From the NCBI GenBank assembly GCA_973851085.1, contig OZ316776.1, forward strand, positions 124,001 to 188,000: DNA of 64,000 nt, read 5' to 3'. The notes under the pieces are model-generated. The model was not told the DNA's origin and made no database searches. It saw only the letters and a program-made list of their open reading frames with translations. Source of the DNA: Ptychomitrium polyphyllum (lineage: Eukaryota). Position 1 is the first letter of the stretch. Every line of letters begins with the position of its first letter. Position numbers and translations under genes: made by a program. Positions 53,727 to 64,000 of the stretch are shown here, one piece after another.

Positions 53727-56700
53727 TATTAGGCACACAAGAAACAAGAAGCAGAAATGAAGTATTTCCCAAGAATTAGCTTTTAAAGAGCTAATGATTA
53801 ACAAGAACTTGATACAAACACTAGAATAAGGCAGGATTCAAGATGATCCACAACTTGTGTTGGCAAGACTAAGGAATACCTTGTCTTGCCTCCAATTTAT
53901 ACTATGACGTTTGTATCTCCTACGATACTTCTAAAAAACCTTCTTACAAGGCTTAAGAAAGTTCTGGAAGTCTAAGGAACCTTCCTAAGAAGTTTCCTAA
54001 GAAATTGGAACCTTCCAAAGAAGTTTTTTAAGGTAGCGGAACCTTCTTAGGAAGATTCTTAAAGAGGTAGAACCTTCCTAGGAAGTTTCCTAGAAAGTAA
54101 CCTAAGATAATAGAACTTTCCTAGGAAGTTTCCTAAGATGAAGGAACTTTCCTAGGAAGCTTCCTAAAAACATGGAAAGGCTATGGAGACATCTAAAAGT
54201 ATTCTAAGAAGCTATTATAGTATACTAGAAGGTTCTAGAATGTTCTAAGGACTATGTTGCATGATCTATGTCTGTGACATCACCTCCCCATTTAGCGACA
54301 AGTTCCATGAAGAGCTCTTTTCTTTGCTTGCTTGTTACATTTCTACAAATTCCAAAATTTGTCGAAGGAGTGAAGCAACATACTCTACTTGTTGTTCTTT
54401 GTTCACTACTTCAACTGGTCCTTGCAAGAAGCGCCGATGACCACTAGTCAAAACTTCTGTTGTTGAAATGTTCCATCCCAAGATTTGATCTTGATTAAGT
54501 CCTTCAAAACATCTTCCAAACAAGATTTCGGGTCCTCCAGGAGTGACTCTTCCAATTTTTAACAAGATGACTAGAACGCAAGCATCTAAATCAAAATTGG
54601 AATGTGAAGGGCGACTATTGAATACTTCTGCATAAGGTCGTACTCGACGTTGGAAGGTCCCTATCATATCTTGGCTTAGATCCTCCGTTACCGAGGGCTG
54701 GGAAAGTTGAGTTGGCTCAACAGATGTTGTTGTTGATGAAGGCATGGCCGACTGCTCTTCACGCATATCCATCATAACACGAAGATTTGACATACTAACT
54801 AGGATCTAGAAATGAACTATCTTGGAAATAATGTTGTATACAATTGGAGGTTTGGATACCTCTCTTTCCTTCTTATACTTGTCCATGAAGGAAAAACTTC
54901 TCTGTGAAGCTAACAGCTACTGATGACACATTATCACTGACCTGGTTTCTGATGATATCTTTGATGAAATTCGCGTACCTTCTCGGATGCATTTGTTACA
55001 TTTGTTGAAGGTTCCCATGTTTGATCATTGATGCCATATCCTTGCCAATGTATAAAATACTCCACATGTCCGCTCTTGATGCGTGAATCTAAGATCTCTT
55101 CCATTTCATATTGGATTTCATTATTGATTTCAAGCAGAGGAGGCGGAGGGACAATTTTCTTTGGTATACATGATTTGTTATAGATTTCCAACAACGATAC
55201 GTAGAATACTGGATGAATTTGCATGCTTGGTGGTAGCTTTAGGCGATAACTAACCGGATTCATCTGTTTGCTGATTTCAAACGGTCCAAGCCTTTGATAG
55301 TCCAACTTCTTTTATGGTCTTTTTGTTTGTATATTTTGTCGTAGGAGCCATACGCTATCTCCAACCTTGAACTTTGGATGGTCCTTTTGATGGCAATTTG
55401 CATAAGTTTTGTAACGATCTTGAGCTTGTTGTAGTTGGAAAGTAATTTCTTGATGGATTTTAGCAAGTTGAATTGCAAAATCCTCTGCTGCAAGACTTCC
55501 AACATGCTTCACTTGAAATGGATCTACTTGAGGATGATGCCCATACTTTGCAAAGAATGGACTTTGAGTTGTTGAAGACTGCACCGTATTGTTGTAAGTA
55601 AATTCTGCCAAAAGCAAGAAATCCATCCAGTTGTCTTGCTGGTAGTTTATGCTACAACGAAGGTACTACTCCAAAATTTGATTCACACGTTTGGTTTGGC
55701 CATCAATTTGCAGATGGTGTGCTGAAGAAAGATTGGTCTTTACACACAACAGCTGGAATAGAGCCCTCCAAAAGTTGGAAATGAACTGCGGCCCCCGATC
55801 GGATATAATATCATCTGGTAGTCCATGTATGCGGTAGACGTGACTTAAGAACAACTTGGCAATTTCTTCTTCCGTTATTGTCTTTTTGCATGGAATGAAA
55901 TGTGCCATTTTGATAAATCGATCCACCTTTACCAAAATAGAATCCTTAGAATCGGAGTATGGAAGGTTTGTGATAAAATCCATTGACAAAGTCAACCATG
56001 GGTTCTTTGGCACTGGAAGCGGATGGAAGAGACTATGAGGTTGGTGCCTTGGTACCGTGGCTCTTGCACAAGTGTCGCATGATCGAACAAGGTCCTCACG
56101 TACTTCCACATTTGTGGCCACCAATAGTCTCTAGCAATCAACTTCATTGTTTTATTGAATCCAAAATGTCCTGCTGCTGGAAAATCATGACGTGCTTGAA
56201 GGATCTTCAACCGCAAAGGGCCTGAAGGTAGGTACAAAAGTCCTTTATAATAAAGTAGGCCCTTTTGGAATTCAAAGTCCTCATCGCTATTTGAAGGATT
56301 TCCATTGTCTTTGAGGCGCTTCTTTATATTTGAAACAAAGACGTCATTCTTTAAAGCCTTCTGAATTTCTTCAAGATGGGATGTTGTTGTAATAATCGCT
56401 GCTTTCAATTAAAGATTCTCTGGCTTCAATAAAATAGTCCTTTGTTGAATCAAAACATCATCTCCAAGTTGAAGAGCTAAATAAGATCTTCGACATAAGG
56501 CATTTGGCTTACCTTGCAAGCTATCAGGTCGATAGGTAATGACAAAGTCAAATTTGGAAAGCAACATACTCCACCTTGCTTGATGGCGATTCAAAACACG
56601 CGCCCCCATGAAATACTCCAAGTTCTTGTGGTCTGTGTATATCGTGATGGTATGTTGAGTTCCTTCCAATAAGTGTCGCCATTCTTCAAACGCATCCACA

Positions 56701-59700
56701 ATTGCAAGTAGTTCTTTATCATGTATATCATAATTGATCTCTGCAGCTGAGAACTTCCTTGAACGAAAGGCAAGAGGGTGAAGTCTTTTGTCTTCATCAT
56801 ATTGTGAAAGTACTGAGCCAGGCGCAAAATCTAAGGCATCCACTTCCAAATAGAAAGGCTTTGATGGAATTGGATGAATAAGAATTGGAGCCGACATGAA
56901 TGACTTTTTAAGACTTTGAAATGTTTTTTCCGCCTCTTTACCCAAATGAATTTTTGCTTTCCTGTAAGACGTGTTAATGGTGCCGCAATCTTGGAATAAC
57001 TCTTGATGAATATCCTGTAGGAGTTTGCAAATCCCAAGAAGCATTGAACATTTTGAATTGATCTTGGCGTATTCCACTCCATGATAGTGCTTATTTTTTT
57101 TCTTATCCATATGGATTCCTCCTTTGGAAATGATGTAGCCTAAAAATTCAACCGAGGATTTGTGGAAAAGGCACTTCTTTAATTTGGCATATAATCCTCG
57201 CTGGCGTAATTTTTCTAAGACCACTCGCACATGACATTTGTGGTCTTGTTCATCCTTTGAATATATCAGAATGTCATCTAAGTAAATGACTACAAAATCA
57301 TCAAGATGTTCATGGAAGATATCATTCATCATATGTTGGAAGCCTGCGGGAGCATTAGTAAGGCCAAAAGGCATGACATTGTATTCAAAATGACCATGCC
57401 TAGATTGAAAAGCTGTCATCCATTCATCTCCTTTTTTGATGTGTACAAGATTGTAGGCTCCTCTAAAATCAATTTTGGTGAATATCTTTGCTTGGCCAAG
57501 TTGTTGTAGGAGTTCTGAGATTAATGGTAATGGATAGCGATTCTTTTTTGTTACTTTATTGAGGCCTCAATAGTCCACGCACATATGCAATGGTCCATCT
57601 TTCTTCTTTACAAATAGAATGGATGCTCTTGCCGATGATTTGGAGTGCTGAATGAAGCCTTTTCCAAGGTTTTCATCAATATAATCTCTCAAGGTAGCCA
57701 ACTCGGTTTGTGATAAGTTATAAATAGGTCCAAAAGGTGGTTGGACTCCTTCTTACAACTCAATGGTACAATTATAAGGTCGGTGCTTTGGTAACATGTC
57801 CGCATTCTTCTTCTTGAAAACGTCTTTATAATCTTGATATTGACGAGGTATATTTTTATTTGTCTCTATTATAGAGCTGGACATTGGCATGGCATAAATG
57901 ACATAGATTGGTTCATCTTTTGCCGCTCTCATAAATGCCTTAGTTGCAATAAATGATGGTCTAAGATTTCTCGTACCTTGACGTCTTTTCTCTAAAACCA
58001 CATTCCAAGAGCGCCAATCAATGTCTAGATAATGTAATTCAAAACAAAGAAGGCTCAAAACAATAGGATTTGTTCAGCATTGAATAATATTGAAGACAAT
58101 CTTAGGTGCCTAATCTCTTAAAACAACCTCCAGGGATTGAGTTTCTTCAAAAACGTTGCCAGACGCAAGAGATCATCCATCAATAACTTCAACAGGTGCG
58201 GGATATTTTTTCTTCAAAAGCACCATGTGATGTTTGGTTGCAAAATCCTTGTCCATGAAACATGCTGTTGCACTAGTGTCTAAAAGAGCCTCACTAATTA
58301 TTTCATCATCTAACAATTTATTTTTGATAGGAAATGTAAAATAAGAGGTAGGGCTTGAAGATAGTAAGAGACCTTGATTTGATGGTTGTTTCCTTGTGGT
58401 GTCCAGTCGCATGGTCCCTATTGTAACTGGACAACCTCATTTTTCAACTCCACTATTGTGCTTTGAGCCTTAAAGGAAGATCCTTTGATTTGGCAATTGC
58501 GCACTTTATGTCAAGACTTGCCACAATACAAACATAGGTCTTTTCTTCGACGCCTTTTTTTTTCTTCTGGAGTCAAACGTCTAAATTAAGCAACATCAAT
58601 TTGCATAGGTTCTGATCCTTGTGGTCGGCTTTCTGATATTCTCAAAGAAGTGGTAGTCATGCTTTGATGTACTGGTCGCCATCCCAAGCGTTGTTCTTGG
58701 CGCCTCTCAAATAGTCTGTTGTCACATGCTATTGCCTGAGTGATGAATTCGTCCAATGTTTCAACTCTTAGCATTGTGAGTAGCAAGTCCTTCATTTTCT
58801 TTCTTAAGCCCCATCGGAATTGTGGGACCAAGGCTTTATCATTCCAATCAAGGTCGCAAGCTAATTGTCGAAATTTTGCAGCATATGTAGCAACTAAGCA
58901 CTGTTCTTATTGGAGACTCAAGATCTTTGTCTTAGCCACCCTCTCTCGATTGGTGTCTCCAAAAATAGATGTCAATCCTTTTATAAAAGCATTTAAGTTG
59001 TTCAATAATGGTAACTACGTCTCTATTATTGGTGTAAACCACGATAGGGCATTATTTGATAAAAGAGTGGCTACAAATCCCACTTGAGTTGTGCCATCAA
59101 GATAGCAAGATTGATGCAAACTAAGGAAGAGCCTTATTTGCTAAACAAAGCCTCTTAATTTTGATCTTGATCCATCAAACTTGTCTGGCATGCTAATCTT
59201 TGGCTCTGCATGGCTTCAACTTATGCTTTCCCTTCCAATATTACTCTCTTGCAATTGAATAACCTCTTGATATAGGCTTTAAATATCACCATTGAATTCT
59301 TCAGCTTGCCCAGTGTGTTGCTTCAAATTGTTGGTGGTTTTAAAACGGGCGAGTTCCGTTCCAACTGTGTTTAATGACTCTTGAAGGTCTGCAATAGTTG
59401 CAAACCTATTCTTTGATGTTCTAGGTACGTTATCCATTTCTTAAGATTGTCAAAGACAAGAAGACTATGACTACCTTCAAAGGGAGGTAAACCACATCCT
59501 TTGAAAGAAGTGGTACTTAATTCTAGAAGGAGAAACCAACTCTATGGTGCCAGCTTAAAGGAGGGTAATCCGCAACCTCTAAGACGCTATGGAATTCTAA
59601 TGAAGTTGGGTAATCTACAATCTTCTTTAAAGAACCTTAGCTCTGACAGAGATGAAGAGTAGTCTTGCCACACTGTTAGGGACACAAGAAACAAGAAGCA

Positions 59701-60196
59701 GAAATGAAGTGTTTCCCAAGAATTAGCTTTTAAAGAGCTAATGATTAACAAGAACTTGATACAAAGACTAGAATAAGGCAGGATTCAAGATGATCCATAA
59801 ACTAGTGTTGGCAAGACTAAGGAATACCTTGTCTTGCCTCCAATTTATACTATGACGTTTGTATCTCCTATGATATTTCTAAAGAACCTTCCTACAAGGC
59901 TTAAGAAAGTTTTGGAAGTCTAGGGAACTTTCCCAAGAAGTTTCTTAAGATGATGGAACCTTCCTAGTTTGTTTACTAAGGCAAATGAATCTTTGTAGGA
60001 AGTTTCTTAAGAAGTTACTTAAGATAATAGTACTTTTCTAGGAAGTTTCCTAAGGTAGAGGAACTTTCCTAAGAAGCTTCTTAAGAACATGGAAAGGCTA
60101 TGGAGACATTTAAAGATATTCTAAGAAGCTATTATAGTATACTAAAAGGTTCTAGAATGTTCTAAGGACTATATTGCATGATCTATGTCCGTGACA
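53727..60196 (-). mobile_element. Full-length but defective Ty3/gypsy chromovirus (Tcn1-like, family B), ~6.5 kb
   Basis: LTRs 59674-60196 (5') and 53727-54279 (3'); TSD atttt/attct; PBS 59660-59670; PPT 54280-54290. gag-PR-RT-RH-INT-chromodomain from ~59440 to 54934 with many stops/frameshifts. Confidence 0.95.
54335..54793 (-). CDS. Extra 152-aa ORF of unknown function between chromodomain and PPT of the family B element
   Basis: Uninterrupted ATG-TAA ORF in element sense; C-terminal half is homologous to decayed ORFs at the same position in both family D copies. Confidence 0.7.
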   Translation of the reverse strand: MSNLRVMMDMREEQSAMPSSTTTSVEPTQLSQPSVTEDLSQDMIGTFQRRVRPYAEVFNSRPSHSNFDLDACVLVILLKIGRVTPGGPEILFGRCFEGLNQDQILGWNISTTEVLTSGHRRFLQGPVEVVNKEQQVEYVASLLRQILEFVEM

Positions 60197-60353
60197 ATTC
60201 TAGGATGTGAAACAAGATAAGTCCAAATTTATCAAACGTATAGAGTTACAACAAGGTACAAAAAGCAAGGCCAGAATGTTTGAATTAGATCACAAGGCCA
60301 TAGCTAGACCACAAGAGATTTGTTGTCGATACTAAAGAGTTCTTCACCCTCAA

Positions 60354-61498
60354 TGTTGCAACCCTTGTAATGCACCTTAGCAAACGTCATGCGCGTCAAT
60401 CTTGTACACCCCCACATGCACATGATTAACTCCCATTCTCACTCTCTAAGTCTTTCTACCATTTTTCTTATGACATCCAATTGATTGGTAGCCAATGATT
60501 AGGTGCGGACTTCCATTCATGTCCAAGGCCTCACTTGGTGTTACTTCCATTTCACACGGTCTAACCGCATTTAGTGGTGTCTCCTCACCACCACTCATGA
60601 TCCCCATGTGATCCTAAGACCACTCCGGGCCATTATGGTGCCGGCGTGAAGACACCACCTTAACTTAATGGTAACAAGCGTGCCCACTTGATCTTAGTAG
60701 TTCCCTCTGTAAAACCGGCCGTCCACCGGCTCACAATGGTGTGGGAGTCCCTGTGGTGAAGCCCCAACACTAGCTCCACCAACCGGGACTCACCCTTAGT
60801 TCCTATCGGGACACTAGGGGAGTGGGGAGGGGGACCAGCCCTCCCCTATAGTACTCTCTGTGGGATTTGGCAGGCCCCCTGGCCCTCTGTATTTGGCTGA
60901 ACCCCGACACACTCAAAGTTCTGGAAGACCACCCAATCTCCCTTGGGGCTTAGCCAATGGAAGCCATGGGAATTCCCTGTGGACCTTCAGGGAGCCATAT
61001 CTTCCACGTCCGGTGTCCGAACCTATTGAGCAACTACTTTATCGTCATTTACTCTTTGCGTAGATGCTGATAGACTCCTCAAACATCCAATTTGAGTTAG
61101 TATACTAGGAGATATGCCTTTTTTAAGGTTCAAGACTCCTAAGGAGTCTCTCCTTGGACTGTCCCAGTCCAGTACAGTCACTGTATAGGGCTGCCACACT
61201 CCAGAACAGCCCCTTGGCAACTCCAACTTTGAGATGCCATAACTTTTAGCTCCCTTGTTTGATTTGAGCAATCTTTAGCATTATAGAATCAGCTCTTTGT
61301 AATTCCTCCAATGCATACAATTTATCCCTCGTAGCCCTCGGTCTACATGGGCAAGGATATTTCTCCCCCTAGGGGTCCTTTCCACGCTAGGTCCACTTGA
61401 TTCCCCTCACTATCGGCGCCACAAGTGTCGGACGTCACTCCGGGGTCCCCCTTGTGCCCTTAGTGTTTTGGGCACTTCTGAAAGAGAGGTGTGCAACA
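60354..61498 (-). mobile_element. Family C solo LTR (1145 bp) with perfect 5-bp TSD
   Basis: TG...CA termini; reverse complement of 41031-42178; CTCAA at 60349-60353 and 61499-61503. Confidence 0.95.
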
Positions 61499-64000
61499 CT
61501 CAACTCCTATATATATTAGAACTACAAGCCTCAGAAGTTTCTTGAGAAGCTTTACCTACATTGCTTAATACTTAAGCAATTTTGCTTTCTTGGAAGCTTC
61601 CTAAGCCAAAGAAACTTCTTTGGAAGCTTTCTAATTTAAAGGTAACTTCCTTGGAAGCTTCATAATTCAAAAGGTAACTTCCTTGGAAGTTTCTTAAGTC
61701 AAGGAAACTTTCTTAGAAGCTTCATAAATCTTCTAAAAATCTTTCTAGATGCTTCTAATATGTATGTCCGTTACATCACCTCTCCTTTTGTGCTCTAAGG
61801 TCTCCAAGGAGCAATAAATACTCAAAGTCGTAAAAAGTCAAAAATTTGTCGCATGGTATCTGCAACATACTCCAATTGCCTTTCACAATTCAAATGGTTT
61901 ATTGGTCCTTATAACCATCGATAGTATCCAACGCTTTTTACATGGGATCAAGCATGAACTTTTGTATCCTTGTTGTGAAAGCGTCCTTCAAAAACAGCTT
62001 CTAGGTAACTTTTGTAAATCGGCTCCACCTCAAAGACAATCACCAACGATCTATTGTTGGATATCCTCCAACGTCTTCTTGGTCTAATTTGTTCTTCATC
62101 ACAAGGTTATTGACAAGAGTCACTTGGTTGGATTGCACCACTGGCATGGTATCTGCATCTTGACTATCCATATCTAATATGTTGAGCTAATCTCAAAAAA
62201 TTATAACAAACTTCAAAGTACAAACAACTAATTTTTAAATTATGTCTGTAGCTTTAGACACTTATGATCTAGAAATTTCTTTTTCTCCTATTTAAAAGCC
62301 CAAGCATTAAGAGCCTTCAAGGTTACGCAACCTTACCAAGCCACTATTCCATCTATTGCTACTTGTGGTTTGGATGGATGTTGTCGATGGAACTCACAAA
62401 CTTTTATTAGTGAATTGGCAAGGTTGTTAGCTTGCTTCCATGTAAGTTCACTGATATCATATCCGTGCTAATGTACCAAGTATTCTAATTTTCCACATCT
62501 TATCCGTGAGTCAAGCATTTCTTCCATTTCAAATTCATAATGATCGTCAATTTTGACTACAGGTGGTGGCAGTTGCCTTTGTCTAGGGATACTTGATTCC
62601 TTATAAGTCTCCAAAAGTGAAACGTGGAAGACGGAATGTACCATCATTGATGTTGGTAGTTCCAAAGAATATGCCATGTGGTTGACTTGTTTTTTGATCG
62701 CAAATGGTCCCAATTTGCAATAGTCCAACTCGTCACATAGCCTATAGGTCCTTATATTGCATCAAAGGAGCTACACCTTTTCCTCAACTTAGATTGGAGG
62801 TTTTTCCTTCTTTGTTGCATTTGCTGCCCTTTTGTATCGTTCCCAAACTTCTTTTAATTGAATCTTTGTGGTTGTTTGAAGCCTTGCCATCTTTTGGCAA
62901 ATTCCTATACTGCTGAATTTTTTGATTGTGGAAGCTTTAACATGACAATTTTTGGATGATGTTCATTATTGGAGTAGAATGTTGTTTGTTAGGTGGAAGC
63001 ATAAGAAGTGTTGTTGTAGGCAAACTCAGCTAATGTCAAGTAGAAAGTCCAATCATCTTGTTGGTAGTTGATGGTACACCTCAAATATTGCTCCAAGATC
63101 TGGTTGACTTGTTCTATTTGGATATCGATTTGAGGATAGAAGGCATAAGAAAGTTTTATGTCCACCTTAAGGATTTCAAAGAGCAACTTCCAAAATCGTG
63201 ATATAAACTGTGGTCCACAATCCAATATAATATTGTTGAATAATCCATGGTAGTGGTAGACATAATTCATGAAAACTGTGGCGGTCTTTTCACCCGTAAT
63301 TGCCTTTTTGCAAAGCACAAAATGTGCCATTTTGGTCAATTGGTCTACCACAACAAAGATGGTATAAAAAGAATTTGACGATGGAAGATCTGTAATGAAA
63401 TCCATTGAAACAGACGACCACAATTGTTTTAGAATAGGCAGTGGTTGGAAAAGTCCATATGAATGGTGTCAAGGGTTCTTCAACCTAGAACAAATATCAT
63501 ACAAGAGTACAAATTCCTTAACGGCCTTCCACATTTGAGGCCACCAAAAGCCTCTCAAAAAGAACTCCAAAGTTTGGTTGAATCCAAATTGTCCAGCCAT
63601 AGGAAAATCATGACGTGTTTGAAATACACGAAGGCAAACTGGTCCTTTAAGAATATATAAACGTTCTTCAAAGTAGAAAAGGTTGTCTTTTAATTTGAAC
63701 TTAGGCACGTCTTTAGGGAGGTTGTTGGAACAACGCTTGATATCAAGAATAAGAGGGTCCTTGGTAGATGCCACACACACCTGGTTAAGGAACAATGAAT
63801 CCATTAGAGTTGAAATGGTAGTTGTGCATATACAAAACCATTCGGGTTTCAATAAAGTTGCTCATTGTTGATTGTGTGCTACCTCTCCCTCCTTTGGAGC
63901 AAAGTATGATTGCCTTGACTATGCATTTGATAACCCTTGCTATTTTTTGGGTCGACATGTGATGCAAAAATCAAATCAAGATAGAAACATACTCTAACAA

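Larger units (their letters stand above)
53685..64000 (-). mobile_element. Ty3/gypsy chromovirus family D, 3' half (RNase H end, integrase, chromodomain, extra-ORF remnant, PPT, split 3' LTR); runs off the right edge
   Basis: Integrase 62989-63852 (WSSVSMDFITDLP), chromodomain 62468-62728, PPT 61776-61789. The 3' LTR is split into 61499-61775, 60197-60353 and 53685-53726, which together align with 4241-4584. Confidence 0.88.

Overview
Eukaryotic nuclear DNA from a non-seed land plant, most likely the moss Physcomitrium patens. This is inferred from the Tcn1-type chromoviruses, a P5B-like ATPase, and a nad5 fragment carrying the bryophyte group I intron and moss editing-site codons. A central gene island (~7.7-36 kb) holds four + strand genes: an intronless BAP31-like ER protein, a 15-exon FHA/coiled-coil protein, TRAPPC11 (10 exons, one GC-AG intron) and a 23-exon P5B-like ATPase with an atypical M4 motif. 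Both flanks are nested LTR-retrotransposon fields with three Ty3/gypsy chromovirus families (called B, C, D here) and one Ty1/copia element. The right flank also has an N-gap bordered by inverted duplications and a mosaic mitochondrial insertion (nad5 exon + intron, trnC). Main findings: (1) an unannotated extra ORF between chromodomain and PPT, conserved at protein level across two chromovirus families; (2) an 11-nt Tf1-style self-priming signature; (3) an unedited, unspliced mosaic NUMT; (4) an intronic inverted copy of a downstream ATPase exon; (5) a 2-kb near-identical tract shared by two dead elements 57 kb apart. All coordinates and alignments were read by eye and may be off by a few bases.
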